Below, piece by piece: positions 19,515 through 28,741 of a stretch of 64,000 nt of DNA. Made by a program: the position numbers and the translations under genes. Position 1 is the stretch's first letter, and every line of letters begins with the position of its first letter. The notes under the pieces were generated by a model. It worked only from the letters and a program-made list of their open reading frames with translations. It had not been told where the DNA came from and did no database searches. This DNA is from Candidatus Ornithomonoglobus sp. (GTDB taxonomy: Bacteria > Bacillota > Clostridia > UBA1381): positions 77-64,076 of the forward strand of contig JBJEIW010000268.1 of NCBI GenBank assembly GCA_051877435.1. Direction: 5' to 3'.

Positions 19515-19556
19515 ATTATATGCTTTTTCTTGTCTGTTGTCAATATATCAGACAAG
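19515..19556 (-). promoter_or_regulatory. consensus sigma-A promoter (TTGACA-17-TATAAT) with an overlapping 8-bp inverted-repeat operator
   Basis: TTGACA (19543-19538), 17-nt spacer, TATAAT (19520-19515). The inverted repeat CTTGTCTG-N12-CAGACAAG (19529-19556) straddles the -35. Confidence 0.65.
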
Positions 19557-19586
19557 TTTTTTTACTTGTCACCGCGCGTTCCCCAA

Positions 19587-19620
19587 AAAATGCCGCGGAG
19601 CATTTTATCCGCGGCATTTT
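19587..19620. terminator. bidirectional-looking intrinsic terminator after hydG
   Basis: 13-bp stem AAAATGCCGCGGA / TCCGCGGCATTTT with A/T runs on both sides. Confidence 0.8.
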
Positions 19621-19625
19621 CTGTA

Positions 19626-21044
19626 TCAGAAACGGAAATCTCTCATTCCGTCCTCTATCTTTTTAAGATTTTCGATTGTAATTCTGCGCACCTTTGCATT
19701 TGGGATATTGAGCAGCTCCTTTTCAATGAGCGCCTCGCCGTGCGCGCGTGTTTCTGGCTTTGCGTAGTCAACCAGATATTCCTTTAAGGTCATAATCGCG
19801 TTCGGCTGACAGCAGTTCTGAATCGCGCCTGACTTTGCAAGCGGCATAAAACGGTCTCCCGTTCTGCCCTCGCGGTAGCAGGCGGTACAGAAGGAGGGAA
19901 TATAACCCATCTGTATGAGCCAGTCCGCAACCTCGTCAAGGGTGCGGGTGTCGCTTCTGTCAAACTGAGCTGTATTGTGCTCCGGATCCTCCGGCTCAAC
20001 ATAGCCGCCCACCGAGGTTGAGGACGCGCCCGAAATCTGCGAAATTCCCAGCTCCAGCGCCGCCTTGCGGTTTGCCTCGCTCTCTCTTGTGGAAACGATC
20101 ATACCCGTATACGGAACCGCAAGTCTTATGATCGCAACTATCTTGCGCCATATCTTATCCGGCAATGCGTTTGAGAACTCGTCCACGTCTATATCGTCCG
20201 CCGGACACAGTCTCGGAACGCTTATTGTGTGCGGTCCTACGCCGAATACCGCCTCAAGATGCTCAGCGTGCATAAGCAGACCGCAAAGCTCATAGGCGTA
20301 TGTCGAGAGTCCGAACAGAACGCCCAGACCCACATCGTCAATGCCGCCCTGCTGCGCGCGGTCCATCGCCTCGGTGTGGTAGCAGTAATCGCTCTTTGGC
20401 CCCGCCGGATGCAGCTGCTCATAATTCTTTTTGTTATAGGTTTCCTGGAACAGAATATATGTGCCTATTCCCGCATCCTTAAGCCTTGTGTAATTCTCAA
20501 CGGTCGTCGCCGCGATATTCACATTTACACGGCGGATGGCACCGTTTTTATGCTTTACGGAATAGATCGTGTTGATACACTCGAGAATGTATTCGAGCGG
20601 ATTGTTCACCGGGTCCTCGCCCGCCTCGAGCGCGAGACGCTTATGACCCATATCCTGCAAAGCGATTACCTCCGCTCTTACCTCGTCCTGTGTGAGCTTT
20701 TTGCGGCAGATATGCTTGTTCTTTACATGGTACGGGCAATATACGCATGAGTTTATGCAGTAGTTTGAAAGATAGAGCGGCGCAAAGAATACAATTCTGT
20801 TTCCGTAAATACGCTGCTTTAGCTTTCTTGCCAGAGCATAAATCTTCTCATTCAGCTCATCATCCTCACAGGCAAGCAGAACCGACGCCTCCCTGTGCGT
20901 CAGTCCGCGGCACTGCGAGGCCTTTTCAATAATTTCTTCAATAAGCTCACGATTGCTCTTGTTCTTCTGCGCATACTCCAGAGTTTCAAGGATTTCGCCG
21001 TCATCTATAAACTCATCGGCATGCATTGATTTTACATCATACAT
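19626..21044 (-). CDS. hydG: [FeFe]-hydrogenase maturase HydG (radical SAM tyrosine lyase)
   Basis: 472 aa. Radical-SAM CINSCVYCPY (CX3CX2C) plus the C-terminal CTAC-X22-C cluster motif that distinguishes HydG from ThiH. Confidence 0.85.
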   Translation of the reverse strand: MYDVKSMHADEFIDDGEILETLEYAQKNKSNRELIEEIIEKASQCRGLTHREASVLLACEDDELNEKIYALARKLKQRIYGNRIVFFAPLYLSNYCINSCVYCPYHVKNKHICRKKLTQDEVRAEVIALQDMGHKRLALEAGEDPVNNPLEYILECINTIYSVKHKNGAIRRVNVNIAATTVENYTRLKDAGIGTYILFQETYNKKNYEQLHPAGPKSDYCYHTEAMDRAQQGGIDDVGLGVLFGLSTYAYELCGLLMHAEHLEAVFGVGPHTISVPRLCPADDIDVDEFSNALPDKIWRKIVAIIRLAVPYTGMIVSTRESEANRKAALELGISQISGASSTSVGGYVEPEDPEHNTAQFDRSDTRTLDEVADWLIQMGYIPSFCTACYREGRTGDRFMPLAKSGAIQNCCQPNAIMTLKEYLVDYAKPETRAHGEALIEKELLNIPNAKVRRITIENLKKIEDGMRDFRF

Positions 21045-21058
21045 TATATTTCATCCCT

Positions 21059-23422
21059 TTATTTTTTAAGACTTATTCCCTTTTCCTCAAGCTTTGCCGT
21101 AATCGGATCAATAACCGCCGCGACCTCTTCTCTTGTGAGTGTCCTGCTGTTGTCCGAGAAGGTGATTCTTACTGTGATCGCCTTGCCGTTTTCATCCTTA
21201 TAAATGTCAACGACTCTTACATCCTTTACGATCGGTGACTTTGAAGCCTCGATCGCGATGCCTATCGGAGCAAACATATTTGCGACAAATGTGAGGTCAA
21301 CCTCCATTTCAGGGTACCTTGACGGCTCCTTGTATGCTATACTGCTGTTTGCGATCTCCGAGAAGTCCTTGACGTCAATTTCGGCAAATACTATTGCCGC
21401 CTTTTTATCTATTTTCTTTGAAACCACCGGATGGACAATGCCTATCTCGCCGATCTCCTTATCTCCGACACATACCGCGTTTAGATTTACCGGGTGCTGA
21501 TATGAATGTGAGGCGGTCTTTTCCTTTAAGGTAACAGCCGAATGCTTTATATCGTCAGCCATAACCGCAAGCATATCACGAAGCTCCATATAAAGCTTTT
21601 CAACACTCTTTGTCTTGCTGAACAGTGTAATCGCAAGCTTCTTGTGCTCCCTTGCAAGATTTGTTTCGGGATCAACACCGTCGGCAACCCTGCCTATCTC
21701 AAACACGCCGAAGTCGGGGGCATACGCTGTATTGTAATTTACCTGACAAAGCTGTGTCGGGATGATTGAGCGGCGGATCGTCTCGATATTTGCGTTCGTA
21801 GCGTTAACAAGCTTTATATTGTCCTCAACCTCAATGCCGAGAGCCTTGTACTCGTCATAGTAAGCCCACACATATGAGTGAAGCTCATGGAGTGAATATC
21901 TCTTTACAAGCAGATCCTTGATTTTATCCTCGTCCGTTTTTTCAATATCGGGTCTTACCGGATAGAGCGGAGCCTGCGCGGTATGAACATCAAAGTTGTC
22001 ATAGCCGTAAATTCTTGTGATTTCCTCGATAATATCCGCCTTCATCGTAACGTCCTTTGTCGCTCTCCAGCTCGGAACGGTTACATCAAAGCTGTCGCCT
22101 TCAAGCGTCACGCCGAAGCCGAGAGAGCTGAGGGTTTTTACTATCGTGTCGTTGCTTATCTCTATTCCTGTGTAACGGTCAACAAATTTCTTGTCAAACT
22201 TCAGAGCTATCTGCGGGTAGTGATAAGCGTATTCATCAGTAAGTGATGATACGACCTTAACGCCGCTGTCTATGTCTGTCATAAGCTTTACAAAGCGTCC
22301 TATCGCCGTAACCGTCATTTCCGGGTCAAGGCTCTTTTCGTAACGCATCGAAGCGTCCGTTCTGTGCGAAAGCCTTACAGTTGACTTTCTTACCGATACC
22401 GAGTCAAAGGTAGCCGATTCAAGAGTAAGAGTTGTTGTATCGTCAACAATTTCCGAATCAAGACCGCCCATGATACCCGCAATCGCAACAGGAATGTTGT
22501 CATTGCATATCATGAGGGTGTCCTCGTCTATGCTGCGCTCAACACCGTCAAGCGTCTGAAATACGAACGGCTTGTCAAAGCGCTTGATTCTTATCCTGCT
22601 CACCTTGCGCGAGTCAAACGCGTGCATCGGCTGACCCATTTCAAGCATAAGGTAGTTTGTGAGATCGGCAAGGAAGTTGATCGCTCTCATGCCGCAGTAG
22701 TACAGTCTAATTCTCATATTGACCGGACTGACATTTGTTGAAATATTCTCCACCTGCAGGCATGAATATCTCTGACAGAGCTTGTCCTCGATCTTCATAT
22801 CGACCTTCGGAAGGTCATTATATTTTGAAAGGTCAACCGTTTCAATCGGCTTTAACGGTCTGCCCGAAAGCGCGGCAAATTCTCTGGCTATACCGTAGTG
22901 ACCCCAGAGGTCGGGACGGTTTGTAAGCGACTTATTGTCAACCTCAAATATAATATCGTCAATAGCGTAAACGCTCTTGAGGTCTGTACCGTTGGGAATA
23001 TCGTCGGTGATTTCCATGATACCGTCATGGTTGTCGCTGATACCGATTTCCTTTTCCGAACAGCACATGCCGTTTGACATATAGCCCGCGAGAGGTCTGG
23101 GCGTAATCTCAATTTCACCGATTCTTGCTCCTACCTTTGCGAATGCGGTTTTCATTCCCACTCTTACATTGGGAGCGCCGCATACAACGTCTGTAAGCTG
23201 TCCGTCTCCCGCGTCAACCTTTAAAAGATGCAGCTTCTTTGAGTCGGGATGCGGCTCAACCGATTTGATTTCCGCTGCGACAACGCCGCTTAAATCGCTG
23301 CCCTTGAAGAATATTTCATTTTCAACCTCCGCTGTTGAAAGCGAGAACTGATTTATAAGCTTTACCTTGTCAAGACCTGACAGGTCAACGAAATCAGAAA
23401 TCCAATTCATTGATAAAAACAT
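21059..23422 (-). CDS. pheT: phenylalanine--tRNA ligase beta subunit
   Basis: 787 aa. N-terminal tRNA-binding OB domain, B3/4, B5 and FDX-ACB domains. Immediately downstream of pheS. Confidence 0.95.
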   Translation of the reverse strand: MFLSMNWISDFVDLSGLDKVKLINQFSLSTAEVENEIFFKGSDLSGVVAAEIKSVEPHPDSKKLHLLKVDAGDGQLTDVVCGAPNVRVGMKTAFAKVGARIGEIEITPRPLAGYMSNGMCCSEKEIGISDNHDGIMEITDDIPNGTDLKSVYAIDDIIFEVDNKSLTNRPDLWGHYGIAREFAALSGRPLKPIETVDLSKYNDLPKVDMKIEDKLCQRYSCLQVENISTNVSPVNMRIRLYYCGMRAINFLADLTNYLMLEMGQPMHAFDSRKVSRIRIKRFDKPFVFQTLDGVERSIDEDTLMICNDNIPVAIAGIMGGLDSEIVDDTTTLTLESATFDSVSVRKSTVRLSHRTDASMRYEKSLDPEMTVTAIGRFVKLMTDIDSGVKVVSSLTDEYAYHYPQIALKFDKKFVDRYTGIEISNDTIVKTLSSLGFGVTLEGDSFDVTVPSWRATKDVTMKADIIEEITRIYGYDNFDVHTAQAPLYPVRPDIEKTDEDKIKDLLVKRYSLHELHSYVWAYYDEYKALGIEVEDNIKLVNATNANIETIRRSIIPTQLCQVNYNTAYAPDFGVFEIGRVADGVDPETNLAREHKKLAITLFSKTKSVEKLYMELRDMLAVMADDIKHSAVTLKEKTASHSYQHPVNLNAVCVGDKEIGEIGIVHPVVSKKIDKKAAIVFAEIDVKDFSEIANSSIAYKEPSRYPEMEVDLTFVANMFAPIGIAIEASKSPIVKDVRVVDIYKDENGKAITVRITFSDNSRTLTREEVAAVIDPITAKLEEKGISLKK

Positions 23423-23442
23423 TTTGTTCTCCCCCTTTCCTG

Positions 23443-24495
23443 TTATTCATCGTCCGTAAACTGCGATAAGCTCTTTAAGTTACCGCTGTTGAGGTCACGG
23501 ATATCCTTAACGCCGTACTTCATCATAGCCAGTCTTGTAAGACCGAGACCGAAGGCAAAGCCTGTGTATTCCTCAGGGTCAATGCCGCCGGCTTTTAACA
23601 CCTCAGGATGTATCATGCCGCAGGGGCAAAGCTCCAGCCAGCCGCTGTGCTTGCATGACGGGCAGCCCTCGCCGCCGCATATAAGGCAGCTTATATCAAG
23701 CTCAAAGCCCGGCTCGACAAACGGGAAAAATCCCGGACGAAGTCTTACCTTTATATCCTTCTTAAATACCTCAGAGAGCATTGTTTTCATGAAGTATATA
23801 AGATTTGATATTGAAATGTTTCTGTCAACCATAACGCCCTCCATCTGGAAGAAGGTGTTTTCATGACACGCGTCGGTCGCCTCGTTTCTGAAGCAGCGGC
23901 CCGGGAATATCGCCTTGATCGGAACGCCGTCGTTTACAAGCGCGTCCTTATACTTTCTGTAAATGGCGTTCTGCGCCGCGGAGGTCTGCGACTTTAAGAG
24001 CTGACCGTTTGTGAGATAATATGTGTCCTGCATATCTCTTGCCGGATGGTGCTTAGGGATATTGAGCGACTCAAAGCACTCATAGTCCGTTACGATCTCG
24101 CTGTAGTCCTCAACGGTAAAGCCCATTGACTTGAATATCTTCTCACACTCGCGCTGAACAAGCGTGATCGGATGATAAGAGCCTCTTTCAAGATAAGCCG
24201 GGATCGAAACGTCAAACCTCGGCATAGAGTTGATTTCTCTTTCAATCTCCTTTTTCTTCAGCTCCTCTGTCTTTTTTGAAATTGTGTCCGCCAGCTCTGA
24301 TTTAAGCCTGTTGACCTCCTGCCCGAAGGTCTTTTTCTCCTCAGCCGAAAGGCTCTTCATGTTTTTAAGCAGACCCGTAACGCTGCCCTTCTTGCCAAGA
24401 AATTCAACTCTTATGCCGTCAAGCTCCCTAGCGTCAGATACAGCCTTTAGCTTAGCGGCAAATTCCTGTCTTAATTTCTCTGTTAATTCTGACAT
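23443..24495 (-). CDS. pheS: phenylalanine--tRNA ligase alpha subunit
   Basis: 350 aa. Class II motifs (HPARDMQDTYY, FPGRCFRNE, GFAFGLGLTRLAM). Confidence 0.96.
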   Translation of the reverse strand: MSELTEKLRQEFAAKLKAVSDARELDGIRVEFLGKKGSVTGLLKNMKSLSAEEKKTFGQEVNRLKSELADTISKKTEELKKKEIEREINSMPRFDVSIPAYLERGSYHPITLVQRECEKIFKSMGFTVEDYSEIVTDYECFESLNIPKHHPARDMQDTYYLTNGQLLKSQTSAAQNAIYRKYKDALVNDGVPIKAIFPGRCFRNEATDACHENTFFQMEGVMVDRNISISNLIYFMKTMLSEVFKKDIKVRLRPGFFPFVEPGFELDISCLICGGEGCPSCKHSGWLELCPCGMIHPEVLKAGGIDPEEYTGFAFGLGLTRLAMMKYGVKDIRDLNSGNLKSLSQFTDDE

Positions 24496-24534
24496 ATACT
24501 TTTCCTTTCTATAATAATATTATTTTTTGCAAAT

Positions 24535-24783
24535 AAAAAAGCCCGCTCCCAGAACAATCCGGGACGAGCATATGCCCGCGGTACCACCCGCATTCGGAAA
24601 ATTTCCGCACTCAAAACGCGTTTTCTGCGTGAACGCGCGTCACCCTGCTTAGCTCATGATGATTTTCGCAGACTGCTCCGATGCTGAAATTCACAAATAC
24701 CGTCATAACGGAGGCTCGCAGCCCATGACCTCCGCTCTCTTGTATGATAGGGTAAATGCTACTTACACACCTTCCTTGCACAC
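24535..24783 (-). promoter_or_regulatory. T-box leader (Phe specifier UUC) controlling pheST
   Basis: The minus strand carries the T-box sequence AAUGCGGGUGGUACCGCGGG (24594-24575). The specifier-loop context is GUGAAUUUCAGC, with UUC followed by A (24688-24685). There is an AGAGA motif in stem I, and a terminator hairpin plus U6 at 24570-24535. Confidence 0.85.
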
Positions 24784-24789
24784 ATATAA

Positions 24790-24818
24790 ATTGTATCACA
24801 ATACATTTCACTTGTCAA
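24790..24818 (-). promoter_or_regulatory. sigma-A promoter for the pheST leader (TTGACA-17-TACAAT)
   Basis: Reverse complement: TTGACA (24818-24813), 17-nt spacer, TACAAT (24795-24790). Confidence 0.65.
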
Positions 24819-24901
24819 GTTTTTTCAACGGAAAATCATAAAATATATGCTTTTCATGCTATATAAATAAAAGTGTATAAAGAGAAAATTGTAAAATACT
24901 G

Positions 24902-24930
24902 TTGCAAATGTTCATAACATTTGTTATAAT
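24902..24930 (+). promoter_or_regulatory. sigma-A promoter (TTGCAA-17-TATAAT) for the DUF4250-CYTH operon
   Basis: Exact spacing. Located 34 nt upstream of the small ORF's ATG. Confidence 0.65.
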
Positions 24931-24963
24931 GGATTAAAAACAGAAAGCAGAGGCGTTAATATT

Positions 24964-25140
24964 ATGAATTTACCCAATGACCCGGCAATGTTGTTAAGTG
25001 TTTTAAACACTAAGCTCCGCGATTTTTACCCCTCACTTGACGCGTTATGCGAGGATTTGCAGGCGGATAAGACAGAGCTTGAAAAGAAATGCTCTGTTAT
25101 AGGCTATGAATACAACACAGAACGCAATCAGTTTGTATAA
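24964..25140 (+). CDS. DUF4250-like small protein (58 aa; below the ORF-track cutoff)
   Basis: Hand translation: MNLPNDPAMLLSVLNTKLRDFYPSLDALCEDLQADKTELEKKCSVIGYEYNTERNQFV. RBS AGAGG lies 10 nt upstream and the stop is 14 nt before the CYTH gene. The pattern (DP.MLLS..N.KLRD.Y.SL..LC..L......L..KL..IGYEY....NQF) matches my recollection of DUF4250. Confidence 0.7.
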   Translation: MNLPNDPAMLLSVLNTKLRDFYPSLDALCEDLQADKTELEKKCSVIGYEYNTERNQFV

Positions 25141-25154
25141 GGAGGATTAACGCA

Positions 25155-25715
25155 ATGCTTGAAACAGAATTAAAATGTATGCTTGATGAGTCAGCCTATC
25201 TTAATCTTGAAAAAATGTTTGCATGGGACTGGGTTAAGGAGCAGGTAAACAGCTACTATACAGACCCGGGCAGCGACCTCAAAAAGAACGGAATAACCCT
25301 GCGCGTCCGCACGAAGGACAATGTGAATAAGATACAGATCAAGGTCCATAAAAATGCCAACAGTCCCCTGCAGATATGCGAGGAGGCGGAATATGACACA
25401 CCGAATATACCCGAAAGCTTTTTACCGCAGAAGGTTAAGGAAATGACAGGACTTGAGGTTCCGGCAGCGCTGCTCGGCTCGCTCACCACGCTCCGTCACA
25501 GCCTTATGTATACGGACGGCGTGGAAATCTGTCTTGATAAAAACGATTATCTTGACAAAACGGATTATGAGATCGAAGTGGAATACACAAAGGAAATTCC
25601 CGGTGAGCTTATGGATAAGCTTGCCGCTGCCGGAGTCCGTTTTGAAGCCGCGGCAGTCGGAAAATGCACGAGGTTTATGCAGAGGCTTGCGGCAATACTG
25701 CGCGGAGAGGAATAA
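25155..25715 (+). CDS. CYTH domain protein (triphosphate tunnel metalloenzyme / CyaB-ThTPase family)
   Basis: 186 aa. N-terminal ExExK (ETELKC), LRVR, and a later EIEVE strand pattern. Confidence 0.8.
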   Translation: MLETELKCMLDESAYLNLEKMFAWDWVKEQVNSYYTDPGSDLKKNGITLRVRTKDNVNKIQIKVHKNANSPLQICEEAEYDTPNIPESFLPQKVKEMTGLEVPAALLGSLTTLRHSLMYTDGVEICLDKNDYLDKTDYEIEVEYTKEIPGELMDKLAAAGVRFEAAAVGKCTRFMQRLAAILRGEE

Positions 25716-25754
25716 TTTAAAGGGAATGCGTTTTTGGCGCATTCCCTTTTGTGA

Positions 25755-27422
25755 TTAAACCTCTTCAATTATCGGCAGGATCATCGGATTTCTCTTTGTT
25801 TTTTCAAAGATGTATCTTGCAACACCGGATTTGACAGTGGTCTTCATCATCGACCAGTCTACATTGCGGCGTGAAAGACAGCTTGTAACGGATTCGTCTG
25901 CAATATCCTTAACTCCTTCGATAAGCTGCTCAGCCTCGCGGACATATACGAAGCCGCGGGAGATAACATCCGGTCTTGATACCATAGCATGAGTTTGTTG
26001 GTCAATAGTTATAACGATAATTATAAGACCGTCCTGCGCAAGATGCTTTCTGTCGCGGAGAACGATATTTCCTACATCGCCTACGCCCAGTCCGTCAACC
26101 AATACCTGACCTGCCGGAATTGTTCCGCTTATTTTCGCGTTGTCTGAATCCATTTCAAGAACAGTTCCGTTGCTCAGTACAAATGTACGCGACGCGGGTA
26201 TTCCCACCTGCTCCGCCAGCTTCTTGTGCAGTACAAGATGGCGGTGCTCGCCGTGTACCGGAATAAAGAACTTAGGCTTGGTAAGCGCAAGCATGAGCTT
26301 AAGCTCCTCCTGACACGCATGTCCTGAAACATGGACATCCATAAGCGACTTATAAATAACCTCCGCGCCGATTTTGAAAAGCTCGTTTATTACATTCGAT
26401 ACCGGCTTTTCATTTCCGGGGATAGGAGAAGCTGAGATTATTATAAGGTCGTCCTTTGTAACCTCAACCTTTCGGTGGTCTGAAAATGCCATTCTTGTAA
26501 GCGCGCTCATCGGCTCTCCCTGCGAGCCTGTTGTAATTATTACTATCTGATCCGGTCTGTATTTCTTGATGTTGTCTATATTAATGAGTACACCCTCGGG
26601 TACCTTCATATATCCGAGAAGTATTGAAATTTCTACTATATTTTCCATGCTGCGGCCCGAAACGGCAACCTTACGGTTGTTCTTTGCGGCGGCATCTATT
26701 ATCTGCTGAACTCTGTGTACATTTGACGCGAATGTCGCTATGATTATACGCTTATCGCAGCCCTGGAAAATCATATCAAACTTATCGCCTACCGATCTCT
26801 CGCTCATTGCGTAGCCCGAACGCTCGACATTGGTCGAATCCGACATAAGCGCGAGAACACCCTCGTTTCCAAGCTGCCCCAGCCTTGCAAGGTCAATGGG
26901 TTCGCCGACAATCGGGGTCGAATCTATTTTCCAGTCACCTGTATGAATTATTGTACCTACGGGCGTTTTAATCGCGAGAGCCACAGAATCCGCAATAGAG
27001 TGATTTGTTCTTATAAACTCTATTGAAAAATATTTGCCTGTCTCTACAGTCTGACCCGCGCGGGTACGGATAAGCTGAACCCTCGAAACCATATTGTGTT
27101 CCTTCAGCTTATGCTCAACCAATCCGAGAGTAAGTCTTGTTCCGTAAACAGGCACATTTATCTCCTTAAGAAAATACGGAAGTCCTCCTATATGGTCCTC
27201 ATGTCCGTGGGTCAGAAATATACCTTTAATTTTCTGGGCATTCTTAATAAGATATGTTATATCGTTGATTACCATATCAACGCCCGGCATATCATTATCA
27301 GGGAATGCCATACCACAATCCACAATGACTATCTCATTGCTGTACTCAAAAGCAGTCAAATTCTTTCCGATCTCATCAAGACCGCCGATGGGTATGATCC
27401 TTAATTTTTTAGTTTTTGCCAT
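25755..27422 (-). CDS. rnj: ribonuclease J
   Basis: 555 aa from MAKTKKLRIIPIGGLDEIGKN. Metallo-beta-lactamase HGHEDHIG motif, beta-CASP domain and a C-terminal domain. The ORF-track N-terminal extension was trimmed. Confidence 0.93.
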   Translation of the reverse strand: MAKTKKLRIIPIGGLDEIGKNLTAFEYSNEIVIVDCGMAFPDNDMPGVDMVINDITYLIKNAQKIKGIFLTHGHEDHIGGLPYFLKEINVPVYGTRLTLGLVEHKLKEHNMVSRVQLIRTRAGQTVETGKYFSIEFIRTNHSIADSVALAIKTPVGTIIHTGDWKIDSTPIVGEPIDLARLGQLGNEGVLALMSDSTNVERSGYAMSERSVGDKFDMIFQGCDKRIIIATFASNVHRVQQIIDAAAKNNRKVAVSGRSMENIVEISILLGYMKVPEGVLINIDNIKKYRPDQIVIITTGSQGEPMSALTRMAFSDHRKVEVTKDDLIIISASPIPGNEKPVSNVINELFKIGAEVIYKSLMDVHVSGHACQEELKLMLALTKPKFFIPVHGEHRHLVLHKKLAEQVGIPASRTFVLSNGTVLEMDSDNAKISGTIPAGQVLVDGLGVGDVGNIVLRDRKHLAQDGLIIIVITIDQQTHAMVSRPDVISRGFVYVREAEQLIEGVKDIADESVTSCLSRRNVDWSMMKTTVKSGVARYIFEKTKRNPMILPIIEEV

Positions 27423-27590
27423 TATATCCTCCTCATATAAATTTCCGTTCAAAGCACTAAACACTTATTATATTATATCACAATTCAATTATATTAGTCA
27501 AGTAATTTTCAATGTTTTGCATGGTGATTTTTTCTGCGTATTTAAATTTTATTGAATAATCTGTTTTATATTTGCAAAAGCTTATAACGG

Positions 27591-28286
27591 GTGTTAATGA
27601 TGATAATTGTTGTTTTTCGTACATTAATTTTATATGCTGTTGTGATTACTGCGCTTCGTATTATGGGCAAGCGTCAGATAGGCGAGCTGCAGCCGTCTGA
27701 GCTGGTGGTTGCAATCATGATATCCGACCTTGCAACAGTACCTATGGAATCGGTAGATATTCCGCTGCTCTCAGGCATCATTCCGGTGCTTACGCTTATT
27801 ATGGCGGAGGTGATAACCTCATATCTCAGTTTGAAAAGCAAGCTTGTAAGAAAATTCATTATCGGTCAGCCGTCTGTTGTAATTTATAACGGAAAAATCA
27901 ATGAGCGGGAGCTCGAAAGACTGCGCTTTAACCTTGACGACCTTTTAGAGGAGCTGAGACTTAACGGCTGTCACGATATTTCAGATGTGGAGGTTGCCGT
28001 CATTGAAACAAGCGGCAAGCTGTCCGTTATTCCCCGCGATAAGGCAAGACCTGTCACTGTTGAGGATATGAAGCTCACAGATGTAAGACGTGACGGTCTC
28101 CCCTGCACCGTTATCGCGGACGGGCAGCTGAATGAATATGAGCTGAAGCGCAGCGGCAAAACAAAGGACGAGCTAACCGATGAATTAAAAAAACACGGCG
28201 CAAAGAGCATCAATGAGGTTTTCATAGCGTCAATTGACGCGGAGGGAGAGCTTTTTATTCAGCTGAAAAATCCCGGACGGAGGTGA
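27591..28286 (+). CDS. DUF421 (YetF-like) membrane protein
   Basis: 231 aa. N-terminal TM region with RIMGKRQIGELQPSELVVAIMISD, typical of DUF421. The start may instead be the ATG at 27597. Confidence 0.8.
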   Translation: MLMMIIVVFRTLILYAVVITALRIMGKRQIGELQPSELVVAIMISDLATVPMESVDIPLLSGIIPVLTLIMAEVITSYLSLKSKLVRKFIIGQPSVVIYNGKINERELERLRFNLDDLLEELRLNGCHDISDVEVAVIETSGKLSVIPRDKARPVTVEDMKLTDVRRDGLPCTVIADGQLNEYELKRSGKTKDELTDELKKHGAKSINEVFIASIDAEGELFIQLKNPGRR

Positions 28287-28292
28287 ATTTGC

Positions 28293-28673
28293 ATGAAAAG
28301 CTTTTTTATTGCGCTCTCGCTTGCATTTGTCATAATAATATGCAGTTTTTTTTCTCTTGGTCATCTTGAAAAAATATCCGATAATCTCGTTGAAGAAAAT
28401 AACAAGATTATATCAGCTCTTGAAAACGACGACTTTGCAACAGCTAACGCCTCGATTTCCGCGCTGTATGAATATATAGAACAATATGAGCCTTTCTTTG
28501 CAGCCACCGGCAATCATGAGGAGATTGATAATATTGAAATGAATCTTGCGGAGCTGAAAGCATACTCCGCAGGAGGTCTTAAATATGACGCGCTTGCAAA
28601 GTCCCGCTCTCTTGCATTTCTTTTCGGGCATCTTCCTAAAAATTCGCGTATTAAAATAGAGAATATTCTGTAA
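28293..28673 (+). CDS. DUF4363-like protein
   Basis: 126 aa with an N-terminal TM helix and then a helical domain. This family commonly follows DUF421 genes in Clostridia. The gap is 6 nt. Confidence 0.6.
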   Translation: MKSFFIALSLAFVIIICSFFSLGHLEKISDNLVEENNKIISALENDDFATANASISALYEYIEQYEPFFAATGNHEEIDNIEMNLAELKAYSAGGLKYDALAKSRSLAFLFGHLPKNSRIKIENIL

Positions 28674-28741
28674 AAAGCTTGACAAAAATCGAAATTTGGT
28701 ATATTATATACTAAATATCTCAGTAAACAGGAGGTTTTTTC

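Noticed and set aside
24844-24865. A fourth, minimal copy of the structured repeat (TATATGCTTTTCA|TGCTATATA) between the pheS promoter and the DUF4250 promoter
   Set aside because: Not fully rejected, but the match is only about 13 + 8 nt of AT-rich sequence in a promoter-dense region and could be chance. It is mentioned under the repeat finding and not listed as a feature.
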